Positions 1 to 8,517 of a DNA stretch of 64,000 nt are shown here, piece after piece. The translations under genes and the position numbers were made by a program. Position 1 is the first letter of the stretch, and each line of letters begins with the position of its first letter. The notes beneath the pieces were generated by a model. The model was not told the origin of the DNA and made no database searches. It worked only from the letters and a program-made list of their open reading frames with translations. Location of the stretch: assembly GCA_041838515.1 (NCBI GenBank), contig JBGYPP010000018.1:25034-89033 (forward strand), read 5' to 3'. The DNA comes from Acetatifactor sp. (GTDB lineage: Bacteria > Bacillota > Clostridia > Lachnospirales > Lachnospiraceae).

Positions 1-2
1 CG

Positions 3-569
3 CAAAAAATAGAAGAGGAATTTGACAGACATCCGGAGGCGGATATGTTGCTCTTCAATGTGGAGGTGGAGCAATCCCGAAGCACTTATTGGAATACCGG
101 ATATAAGAGAGTGCGCTGGTACAATGCGGGGCGCTATGGCGCAGTCAGTTTTGCCATACGCAGGAAGGCCCTGTTGGACAGCGGCGTGATGTTCTCTCTG
201 CTCTTTGGCGGAGGCGCCCGGTACGGTAGCGGAGAGGATAGCCTTTTTCTGCAAAGGCTGCTGGAGAGGGGGATGGCCGTTTACACCTCCCCGGTCTGCA
301 TAGGCAGGGAGCGGCCCGGCCAGTCCAGTTGGTTTCAGGGGTATACAGAGAAGTTTTTTTACGACAAGGGTGTGCTGTACCGCCACCTTTACGGAGGGGG
401 AAGGCGGGGGTTCTGGCCCGTGCTGGTGGCCAAATGCCTGGGCCGCCGCTTTGTGTTTGCTCGCAGGCGGCAGTGGCTGGACAGGCTGAGCTGGCAGATG
501 GCCGTATACTATTTGGACAAGGGGGTGGAGCTTTGCCCTTGGAGTGAAGCGCACAAGCAGGAGGGATGA
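3..569 (+). CDS. glycosyltransferase (GT2-like), 3' part of a gene that begins upstream of the window
   Basis: The frame is open from base 3, with no stop before the listed Met at 45. The tail carries a GSGEDSLF acidic motif, and the gene heads a run of sugar-transferase genes. Confidence 0.55.
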   Translation, partial: QKIEEEFDRHPEADMLLFNVEVEQSRSTYWNTGYKRVRWYNAGRYGAVSFAIRRKALLDSGVMFSLLFGGGARYGSGEDSLFLQRLLERGMAVYTSPVCIGRERPGQSSWFQGYTEKFFYDKGVLYRHLYGGGRRGFWPVLVAKCLGRRFVFARRRQWLDRLSWQMAVYYLDKGVELCPWSEAHKQEG

Positions 570-1689
570 GCCTGTGGGGCTTGGAGCATGGTTTTATGTG
601 TTGGTTCTGATCCTGGCTGTGTCGGCAGCCTATCTCCTGGGCAGGGACATGTATGGCTACGGGGGAAATATGTATGCCCGGAACGGACAAAGACTGCGGG
701 ATAGGATATGTCTGGCTTGGCTCTTTGCCCTACTGGGCGGCGTATCTGCGGCTCGCATAGCTGTGGGAAATGATTATTGGGTGTATGTGGAAAACTTTCG
801 CCTGATATACCAGGGGCGCCATGTGTCCTCAGAGTGGGGGTTCAACCAGGTGGCCTTTTTTATGCAATGGCTGTTTGGATACAATGCCTATCTGCCTATC
901 TTTGGGCTTTTTTCTCTGATAACAGTGTCACTTTTTTTGGCGGCCTTTTGGAGGCTCAGGGCCTGGATGCCGGGCTGCATTTTTTTGTTTCTGGCTGGAG
1001 GGTATTATTTCTCTTCCCTAAATTCTCTGCGCTACTACCTGGTTCTGGCCGTGGCGCTGTTTGCTCTGTCTTATCTGCTGGAGGGGCGGTATATGCCCTT
1101 TCTGCTCTGCATCTGCCTGGGTTCGCTGTTTCACAAGTCCATTTTGGTGGTCATACCCCTTTATGGGCTGGCCTATGGGCTGGCCTCTAGACCCTGGAAA
1201 ATCTGGCACAGCCTGATGCTGGCTTTGGGTGGGGGCATAATGGTATGTTTTCCCCAGGCAATACGGAAAATTATATTTACCTTCTATCCCTTTTATGAGA
1301 ACTCTGGCTTTGACAGGGGTGGCATATCTTATGCCAATGTAGTAAAATGCCTGTTGGCACTGGGTCTGGCCGCCTGGGCATGGAGGAGGAGGCCCGAACT
1401 GCTGGCTCTGGGCAGTGCCAACAGGGTATATGCCATTCTGCAAATGTTCGCTTTGATCTTGTATCTGGGAGGAAGTTTTATACCTGAGGTCAGTCGCATA
1501 GGGTATTATCTGCTCATATCCCAGCTGCTGCTGCTGCCCTCCCTGGCGCGGGGGCTGGACAGGCCCGGCAAGCCCTGGATGCTCACCCTAGTGGGATTGG
1601 GATATTTGCTGTTCTTTGCACTGTTTCTGCAAAAGGCCTATGCTGTGGATATACGCCTGCTTCCATACAGAACCTGGCTGTTTCATTAA
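544..1689 (+). CDS. EpsG/Wzy-like polysaccharide polymerase family membrane protein
   Basis: 381-aa ORF that is hydrophobic throughout (many predicted TM helices). The GNDYWVYVENF segment near the N-terminus is typical of the EpsG family. The start is uncertain: GTG 544 overlaps the previous gene. Confidence 0.6.
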   Translation: MKRTSRRDEPVGLGAWFYVLVLILAVSAAYLLGRDMYGYGGNMYARNGQRLRDRICLAWLFALLGGVSAARIAVGNDYWVYVENFRLIYQGRHVSSEWGFNQVAFFMQWLFGYNAYLPIFGLFSLITVSLFLAAFWRLRAWMPGCIFLFLAGGYYFSSLNSLRYYLVLAVALFALSYLLEGRYMPFLLCICLGSLFHKSILVVIPLYGLAYGLASRPWKIWHSLMLALGGGIMVCFPQAIRKIIFTFYPFYENSGFDRGGISYANVVKCLLALGLAAWAWRRRPELLALGSANRVYAILQMFALILYLGGSFIPEVSRIGYYLLISQLLLLPSLARGLDRPGKPWMLTLVGLGYLLFFALFLQKAYAVDIRLLPYRTWLFH

Positions 1690-1701
1690 AGGAGATGTGG
1701 A

Positions 1702-2343
1702 ATGGAACCGTTTTTTAGCATAATTGTGGTCAGTCTCAACCCCGGTGCGGGTCTGGAGCTGACACTGGAGAGTATATTTTCCCAGAGTTTTGGAAATTAC
1801 CAGGTGGTGCTAAAGGATGCGGTGTCCACTGACGGCTCTGTGGAGGCTGCCCAGGCCCGCTACGGCCGGGATGCCCGGCTGCTGGTGGAGCGGAGGCGGG
1901 ATGGGAGCATATACCAGGGCATGAATCAGGCGCTTGCTCTGGCCGTAGGGCAGTATTGGATTTTTCTCAACTGCGGCGACTGTTTTTATAGCAGAGAGGT
2001 GCTGGAGCTGGCCGCACGCAAGCTGGAGAAGAGCGGAGGTCCGGGCGTGCTGGCCTATGGAGATACGTTTATACGCTCGGCCGGAGTCCTGTCCAAGGCC
2101 AGGCCCGTCCTCGGGGATTTTGGCTTGTACAGGGGCCTGCCCTGCCATCAGTCCTGTATTTATCACAGGGATTTATTTGGTCAGAGGGGATATGCTGAGG
2201 AATTTGCCGTGCGGGGGGATTATGAGCACTTCCTGTGGGCGCACTATGTATATAAGGCCCGGCTGCTGTATCTGGATATGGCTGTATCCTCCTATGAGGG
2301 GGGGGGGATTCTCGGAATCCGCCGGGAACTGGGAGAGGGATAA
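1702..2343 (+). CDS. family 2 glycosyltransferase, apparently truncated by a frameshift in a G10 tract (the remainder reads on in the +1 frame to 2530)
   Basis: N-terminus FSIIVVSLNPGAGLELTLESIFSQSF...DGS is a GT2 signature. After the G10 run (2298-2307) this frame stops at 2343. The neighbouring frame continues GGGFSESAGNWERDKREHEQITAMYMP... and ends in an ATGA overlap with the next gene's start at 2527. Confidence 0.8.
   Translation: MEPFFSIIVVSLNPGAGLELTLESIFSQSFGNYQVVLKDAVSTDGSVEAAQARYGRDARLLVERRRDGSIYQGMNQALALAVGQYWIFLNCGDCFYSREVLELAARKLEKSGGPGVLAYGDTFIRSAGVLSKARPVLGDFGLYRGLPCHQSCIYHRDLFGQRGYAEEFAVRGDYEHFLWAHYVYKARLLYLDMAVSSYEGGGILGIRRELGEG
2298..2307 (+). repeat. homopolymeric G10 tract inside the GT2 coding sequence
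   Basis: Counted directly: ga-gggggggggg-att. Removing one G fuses ORF 1702..2343 to the open frame ending at 2530. Confidence 0.95.
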
Positions 2344-2526
2344 GAGGGAGCATGAACAGATAACGGCCATGTATATGCCGGCCTGGAAAACCCGCTGTTT
2401 TGGCCTGCTGTTAGCGCTGAGCCTGCCGGGCCTGCGTCGTCGGCTGTTTTCTAAAGGGCCGCTGGCACGTTGCTATGCGGGACTCAAAGGCCTTTGGTAC
2501 GGCCTGGGAAGAAAAAGGGAGGCAGA

Positions 2527-3858
2527 ATGAGAGTACTGTGGGTATGCAATATTATGCCGGCCATATTTTCCGCCAAGCTGGGAAGAAGGTCCAGCAACAA
2601 GGAGGGGTGGATAGAGGGGCTGCTGGAGGCCATATGGAAAAATAAAAAGGGGGAGGCTTTTTCCCTGGGCCTGGCCTTTCCCATGGAGGAGCAGGCCGGT
2701 ATGCTCAACACCACTTTTAGCATTCATTCCATGGCCATCACCTGCTATGGTTTCTATGAGGATCCCCAGGCCCATATCTATACACCGGGCCTGGAGGAGC
2801 GCATGGAGGCCATTATCCGGGATTTTTCTCCGGATATTGTGCATTGTTTTGGAACGGAATACGGTCATACGCTGGCGGCGGCCAGGGTATGGAAACGGCC
2901 GAACCGTCTGTTGATAGGCATACAAGGTCTGTGCGGCGTGTATGCCAAGGCGTATATGGCGGATCTGCCCCGGAGGGTGATTCGCAGGCGCACACTGAGG
3001 GATGTGCTGCGCAGGGACGGCCTGCTCCTGCAGCAGGAGAGGTATAGGTTGCGGGGCGAGATGGAGAGGGAGGCCATATCCCTCTGCGGCCATGTGGCCG
3101 GCCGCACGCATTGGGATAAGCGATATTCCCAGATCTACCAGCCCAGGGCCGTATACCACCACCTTGGAGAGAGCTTGCGGCCATGTTTTTACGAGGAGCA
3201 GTGGAGCCGGGAAAAGGCCATACCCTACAGGATATTTCTCAGCCAGGGAGATTATCCCATCAAGGGTCTGCACTACGCTCTGCTGGCCCTGCCCAGGATA
3301 CAGCAGGCCTATCCCCAGGCCCATCTGGCCGTGGCCGGCGCGCCATTGGTGAAGCTGGGCGATTTGGCCAATAGCTTGAAGAGAGGCTCATATGCCAAGT
3401 ATCTGGCCTATTTGATAAAAAAGTATCAATTAAGACGCAGCGTGGAATTTCTGGGCAGGCTGACAGCTCTGGAGATGCGGCAGGCCTACCTGGACAGCAG
3501 CGTATTCCTTTGCCCCTCCTCCATAGAGAATTCCCCCAATTCCCTGGGGGAGGCCATGCTGCTGGGCATGCCCTGCGTGGCAGCCAAGGTGGGCGGCGTG
3601 GAGAGCATGATGCGCCACGGTCTGGAGGGCCTGCTCTATGAGGGTTTTGATCCGGATGCGCCCAGTGAGGGCCGGGAGGAGGACCTGCTGGAGATCCGGG
3701 TGCAGGCTCTGGCGGATACCGTGATAGGGCTGTGGCAGGAGGAGGAGGCTCAGGCGGCCTACGCCTATAGGGCCAGGGAAAGGGCTTTAGAAAACCATAA
3801 TCCGCATAAAAATTTTTTGCGCCTGATGGAGATCTATACCCTGATGATGGGGAGCTAG
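2527..3858 (+). CDS. family 4 (GT-B, GT1/GT4) glycosyltransferase
   Basis: Starts MRVLWVCNIMP with a GGGAGG SD upstream. The C-terminal half carries the ENSPNSLGEAMLLGMPCVA (E-x7-E type) motif. The listed ORF start 2470 is probably too far upstream. Confidence 0.8.
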   Translation: MRVLWVCNIMPAIFSAKLGRRSSNKEGWIEGLLEAIWKNKKGEAFSLGLAFPMEEQAGMLNTTFSIHSMAITCYGFYEDPQAHIYTPGLEERMEAIIRDFSPDIVHCFGTEYGHTLAAARVWKRPNRLLIGIQGLCGVYAKAYMADLPRRVIRRRTLRDVLRRDGLLLQQERYRLRGEMEREAISLCGHVAGRTHWDKRYSQIYQPRAVYHHLGESLRPCFYEEQWSREKAIPYRIFLSQGDYPIKGLHYALLALPRIQQAYPQAHLAVAGAPLVKLGDLANSLKRGSYAKYLAYLIKKYQLRRSVEFLGRLTALEMRQAYLDSSVFLCPSSIENSPNSLGEAMLLGMPCVAAKVGGVESMMRHGLEGLLYEGFDPDAPSEGREEDLLEIRVQALADTVIGLWQEEEAQAAYAYRARERALENHNPHKNFLRLMEIYTLMMGS

Positions 3859-3871
3859 GGAGAGTAACCCT

Positions 3872-5035
3872 ATGGAGAGATGGTACTTCGTATCCAATTA
3901 TATGAATCATCATCAGATAGCCTTTTGCGATGCCATGTACCAAAGACTGGGGGAGGCCTTTGTCTTTGTGCAGCTGGAGGATATGGAGGAGCACAGGCGG
4001 CAGATGGGCTGGAGGGAGTATGAGCGGCCCTATATACGATATTGGCAGAAGGAGGCACAGGCCCTGGCAGGGGAGCTGCTTGCCGCCAGGCTGGTGCTTT
4101 TTGGCGGCAGCGATGAGGAGGAGGTGATCAGACCCCGCCTGGATAGGGGTCTGCCTACCCTGCGGTATAGCGAAAGCATATACAAAAGGGGGCGGTGGAG
4201 AGCGGTCAGCCCCAGGGGCCTGTGGAGAAAGTATCAGGACCATATTTGCCGCAGAAAGGATCCGGTGTACATGCTCTGCGCCGGCGCCAGAGCCGGCGGA
4301 GATTTTGGCCTGTTGGGGGCTTACCCCGGCAAGTTGTACAAATGGGGGTATTTTCCACCCTTTGTGGAGCAGGACATAGAGGCTCTGCTGGATGCCAAGG
4401 AGGGGCGCAGCCTGGGTAGGCCCAAAATATTGTGGGTGGGACGTATGATAGATTGGAAGCATCCGGAGTTGGCTTTGGAGGCAGCCGGGCGGCTGGCAGA
4501 TCTGGGGCTGGATTTTTCCATGGAGTTGGTGGGGCAGGGTCCCAGGCGACAGGCCTGCCAAGCCTGGGTGGACAAAAAAGGACTGGATAGAAGTATCGAA
4601 TTTACAGATTTTCAATCTCCAGAGGCCATACGGGTCAAGATGGAGAGGGCGGATATATTCCTGATGACCAGCGACCGGCAGGAGGGTTGGGGAGCCGTGG
4701 CCAATGAGGCCATGAACAGCGGCTGCGCGCTGGTGGCCAACAGCAGTGCCGGAGCCATACCCTACCTTCTCCGCTCGGGTATGGAGGGATATGCCTTTCG
4801 CAATGGGCAGGCGGCGGACTGTGCGGACAAGCTGGGCCGTCTGCTGACACAGGCAAAGCTGAGGGAGGATATGGGCCGGGCGGCCTATGGGCGAATACGG
4901 AGGCTGTGGAATCCCGGAGCCGCAGCGGATGCGCTGCTGGCGCTGGCCGGCTCTCTGGGGCTATGGCCGGTCTTGCCCGGTCTGGAGGCGGCCATAGCGG
5001 AGGATGGGCCCTGTTCCCCGGCTCCCTATATTTGA
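3872..5035 (+). CDS. family 4/1 glycosyltransferase
   Basis: 387-aa ORF with the C-terminal GT-B motif SDRQEGWGAVANEAMNSGCALVA. Sits in the EPS gene context. Confidence 0.75.
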   Translation: MERWYFVSNYMNHHQIAFCDAMYQRLGEAFVFVQLEDMEEHRRQMGWREYERPYIRYWQKEAQALAGELLAARLVLFGGSDEEEVIRPRLDRGLPTLRYSESIYKRGRWRAVSPRGLWRKYQDHICRRKDPVYMLCAGARAGGDFGLLGAYPGKLYKWGYFPPFVEQDIEALLDAKEGRSLGRPKILWVGRMIDWKHPELALEAAGRLADLGLDFSMELVGQGPRRQACQAWVDKKGLDRSIEFTDFQSPEAIRVKMERADIFLMTSDRQEGWGAVANEAMNSGCALVANSSAGAIPYLLRSGMEGYAFRNGQAADCADKLGRLLTQAKLREDMGRAAYGRIRRLWNPGAAADALLALAGSLGLWPVLPGLEAAIAEDGPCSPAPYI

Positions 5036-5046
5036 GGAATAAGAAT

Positions 5047-6030
5047 ATGCCAAGGATTAGCGTCATTGTGCCGGTCTACAACGTAGAGAGCTATCTAGAG
5101 GCCTGTATACGTTCTATAGCAGGTCAGAGCTTTGGCGATTGGGAGCTGTTGTTGGTGGATGATGGATCCACAGATGGCTCGGCGCAGATATGCTCTGGCT
5201 GGGCGGTCAGGGACAGCCGCATACGGCTATTGCAAAAGGAAAACGGGGGAACTTCCACAGCTCGGAACTGGGGATTGGCCCACGCCACAGGAGAGTATGT
5301 GTCCTTTGTGGACGGGGATGACTACATAGACCCGGAAATGCTGGAGCAGTTGTGGAGGGCGGTGGAGGAGCATGGAGCGGATATGGCCCAGGTGGGCCGT
5401 ATAGAAGAGACAGAGGACGGCAGGCGGCTGCCGGATATCTGTACTCCGCCGGAAGAAGAGCGCTGGGAGAGTGCTGAGGAATTTCTGCGGCAGCTTCTAC
5501 TGCACAAGGGGGATTGTTCCTTTTGTACCAAATTGACCCGCCGCAGCCTGTTGGCGGCCGAGGCTTTTCCCCCGGGCAGGCTGAATGAGGATTTCTACCT
5601 ATGCCTGGAACTGCTGCCCCGCATAGAGGCGGTGAGGCTGCTGTCCGGCCGCCACTACCATGTGCGTTACCGCCAGGGCAGCAATACCCGCCAGGGCGGC
5701 GGGGCGGGCTTTTCCCAGGTGTATATAGACAATGTGGACAATGCGCAAAAGGCCCTGGAGCTGTGCCGGGACCGTTATCCTCAGCTGTTGCCCATATGCC
5801 GCCGCTTTGGCGCATACCAGAGGCTGGATTATATGCTGCACATACCCCTGGGAGAGATGTCGGCGGACAATGTCTTTTTCAGGCGGACAGTGGCGGACAT
5901 GAGAAAGGGGTTGGCGGGCGTGCTGGCCAGCCCCTGGCTGGGCCTGCGGGAGAAGAGTTACTATGCCCTGCTGGCCCTATGGCCCCGGGGGATACGGCAC
6001 CTCCACGCCAGACTCAAGGGCTGGATTTGA
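5047..6030 (+). CDS. family 2 glycosyltransferase
   Basis: MPRISVIVPVYNVESYLEACIRSIAGQSF...LLLVDDGSTDGS...DGDD are canonical GT2 motifs. ATG 5047 was chosen inside listed ORF 4906..6030. Confidence 0.85.
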   Translation: MPRISVIVPVYNVESYLEACIRSIAGQSFGDWELLLVDDGSTDGSAQICSGWAVRDSRIRLLQKENGGTSTARNWGLAHATGEYVSFVDGDDYIDPEMLEQLWRAVEEHGADMAQVGRIEETEDGRRLPDICTPPEEERWESAEEFLRQLLLHKGDCSFCTKLTRRSLLAAEAFPPGRLNEDFYLCLELLPRIEAVRLLSGRHYHVRYRQGSNTRQGGGAGFSQVYIDNVDNAQKALELCRDRYPQLLPICRRFGAYQRLDYMLHIPLGEMSADNVFFRRTVADMRKGLAGVLASPWLGLREKSYYALLALWPRGIRHLHARLKGWI

Positions 6031-7005
6031 GGCTCCCTGCTCTGGGGAGAGCCGGTATTCCCGGGGCGTATGCCCATAGCATTGTTTGAATATGCGGTGG
6101 AAGAAGCTGGTGTTGCTGTACCCTGTCATGGCCGCGATCCGGTCTATGGGCAGAGCCGTATGGCGCAGCAGTCTGGCGGCCTGCCGCAGCCTGCGCTCCT
6201 GCAACAGCTGTTTGAAGGTGTTGCCGGAGTTTTTTTTGATCAGTCTGCTCAGCGCATAGGCCGGCTGGCCGCAGATATGGGAGAGTTCCTCCAGGCTGGC
6301 TGTGGCATAGCAATGGTCTATATATCGCAACGCCTCCCAAAAAATGCCCTGTTCATATCCCTCCGGCCCCTCCTCGCTGCAGATGCGTCCTGTCTGGCCC
6401 TGCAGGAGCAGAAGCAACAGACCCATAGAGGTCTGATTGACCCTCCGGGAGGCGCCCTGGGGATGGGTCAGCGCATGGATCAGATTTTCTACGATATTTT
6501 GTATGGGCAGTATGTCAGACACCTGAAAGTATAGATGGTCTATGGAGCCGTTTTCCTCCCGCAGGGCAGACATCAGAAAATGCCAGAGCAGATTGCCCTC
6601 ATCCATCAGCAATACCGGAAGGTCAAAGAACTCCGGCAGTATGATAAAATTGACGGCCAGATCCCCATATCCGCAGGGCAGTATCTCATGGGAGGCATGG
6701 GGGTTGAGCAGCAGCAGTTCTCCGGCCTTTAGCTGTAGCCTCCTCCGGTCATTGATGATATGTGTGGTCTGTCCCTGGCACATATAGATGATCTCCAGGT
6801 AATTGTGCCTGTGGCGGGGGAAGTGCGCAAATCGAGTGTGGGGGCGCATATCCATCAGCATACCCCGCCGCAGCATTTTTTGGCTGTCCACAACGAAGGC
6901 GCTCCCGCTGGCGTACAGGGATTGCTCCACTCCGACTCCACCTTTTTGTATGGCCTCCTCCTCCGGGGATATGCGCATCAGTATGTCCAACAGGCTCTGC
7001 TGCAT
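5977..7005 (-). CDS. AraC family transcriptional regulator with N-terminal cupin sensor domain (candidate rhamnose regulator)
   Basis: Cupin-like HRHNYLEIIYMCQG...LLLLNPHASHE, and a C-terminal HTH ...IAAMTGYSNTSFFHRIFKQCYGHTPREYR. AAGGAGG SD before the ATG. Divergent from rhaA. Confidence 0.85.
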   Translation of the reverse strand: MQQSLLDILMRISPEEEAIQKGGVGVEQSLYASGSAFVVDSQKMLRRGMLMDMRPHTRFAHFPRHRHNYLEIIYMCQGQTTHIINDRRRLQLKAGELLLLNPHASHEILPCGYGDLAVNFIILPEFFDLPVLLMDEGNLLWHFLMSALREENGSIDHLYFQVSDILPIQNIVENLIHALTHPQGASRRVNQTSMGLLLLLLQGQTGRICSEEGPEGYEQGIFWEALRYIDHCYATASLEELSHICGQPAYALSRLIKKNSGNTFKQLLQERRLRQAARLLRHTALPIDRIAAMTGYSNTSFFHRIFKQCYGHTPREYRLSPEQGASNPALESGVEVPYPPGP

Positions 7006-7139
7006 TCTGCCTCCTTGGGCCCTGCCCTATATCCCTATTGTATCCCCAGGGGCGGCATTATGCAAATAAAGACGGAAAAAAATGCAAGATAAAATCTTAA
7101 AAATGGGAAAGTCTGGGAATATAATAGATTTATCCAATG

Positions 7140-7223
7140 CAAGAATTTGCAATTAAGGATGGAAATACGGAAAGGAGCAAGTTCAAGAATTTGCAATTCA
7201 GGATGGAAATACGGAAAGGAGCA
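7140..7223 (+). repeat. tandem direct repeat, two 40-bp copies with a 44-bp period, covering the rhaA ribosome-binding site
   Basis: Copy 1 at 7140-7179 is caagaatttgcaattAaggatggaaatacggaaaggagca. Copy 2 at 7184-7223 is identical except for A->C. Confidence 0.9.
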
Positions 7224-7227
7224 GGGT

Positions 7228-8490
7228 ATGGGGGTACAGAGCAGGTATGAGGAGGCTAAGGCCATCTATGCCGGACTGGGCATAGACACGGATAAGGCCA
7301 TAGAGAGTTTGAGAAAGGCGCCGGTGTCCCTGCACTGCTGGCAGGGGGATGATGTGCGGGGATTTGACCACGAGGGGGGATTGACCGGAGGCATACAGAC
7401 CACCGGCAATTATCCGGGCCGGGCGCAGACGCCCCAGGAGCTGTTCGCCGATATGGATAAGGTTCTGCGGCTGACCCCGGGCGCAAAGAAGATCAATGTA
7501 CACGCCTGCTACGCCATATTCGGCGAGGACGGCTTTGTGGATAGGGACAAGCTGGAACCCAGGCATTTCCAGGCTTGGGTGGATTTTGCCAAGGCCCGGG
7601 GGCTGGGTCTGGATTTCAATCCCACCTTTTTCTCCCATGAAAAGGCTGCAGACGGTCTGACTCTAGCCCATCCGGATCCCCAGATCCGAGCCTTTTGGAT
7701 AGAGCATGGAAAGGCCTGCATACGCATATCCTCCTATTTTGCCGAGGAGACGGGCATACCCTGCGTAATGAATATCTGGACAGGGGATGGATTTAAGGAC
7801 ATACCGGCTGACAGGATGGGCCCCAGGCTGCGGTACAAGGAATCTATAGAGGCCATACTGTCCGAACCCTTTGATTTTGCCATGGTAAAGCCCTGCGTGG
7901 AATCCAAGGTCTTTGGCATAGGTGTGGAGTCGTATACCGTGGGATCGGGAGAATTTGCGCTGAGTTTTGCCGCTGCCCATCCGGACAAGTGTATGCCTCT
8001 GATGGACAATGGCCATTATCACCCTACGGAGATGGTGTCTGACAAGATACCCGCTCTGCTGTGCTTCTATCCGGAGATCGCCCTGCATATCACCCGTCCC
8101 GTGCGCTGGGACAGCGACCATGTGGTGATCTTTGACGATGAGACAAGGGAGATAGCCAAGGAGATCGTGCGCAATGGCGCTCTGGAGAGGGTGCATATGG
8201 CGCTGGATTACTTTGACGCCTCTATCAACAGGGTGGCTGCCTGGGCGCTGGGCTTCCGTTCTTTCCAAAAGGCACTGCTCTTTGCGCTTCTGCAGCCCAA
8301 TGACAGGGCTAGGGAGCTGCAGGAGGGCGGCTGGTGGAGCCGGCTGATGGCTCTGGCGGAGGAGGCCAAATGCCTGCCCTTTGGGGATGTGTGGGAGTAT
8401 TACTGCCAGGTATGCCAGGTCAAGGGCGAGGCGGAGTGGTTTGCCGATGTGGAGGAGTACGAGAGGGAAGTGCTGTCTTTGAGGCAGTGA
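7228..8490 (+). CDS. rhaA: L-rhamnose isomerase
   Basis: 420-aa product. YEEAKAIYAGLGIDTDKAIESLRKAPVSLHCWQGDDVRGFD and ...MDNGHYHPTE... are RhaA-like. GGAAAGGAG SD before ATG 7228. Confidence 0.9.
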   Translation: MGVQSRYEEAKAIYAGLGIDTDKAIESLRKAPVSLHCWQGDDVRGFDHEGGLTGGIQTTGNYPGRAQTPQELFADMDKVLRLTPGAKKINVHACYAIFGEDGFVDRDKLEPRHFQAWVDFAKARGLGLDFNPTFFSHEKAADGLTLAHPDPQIRAFWIEHGKACIRISSYFAEETGIPCVMNIWTGDGFKDIPADRMGPRLRYKESIEAILSEPFDFAMVKPCVESKVFGIGVESYTVGSGEFALSFAAAHPDKCMPLMDNGHYHPTEMVSDKIPALLCFYPEIALHITRPVRWDSDHVVIFDDETREIAKEIVRNGALERVHMALDYFDASINRVAAWALGFRSFQKALLFALLQPNDRARELQEGGWWSRLMALAEEAKCLPFGDVWEYYCQVCQVKGEAEWFADVEEYEREVLSLRQ

Positions 8491-8517
8491 TGCCGGGGAG
8501 GAGGCTGAGTGATAATG

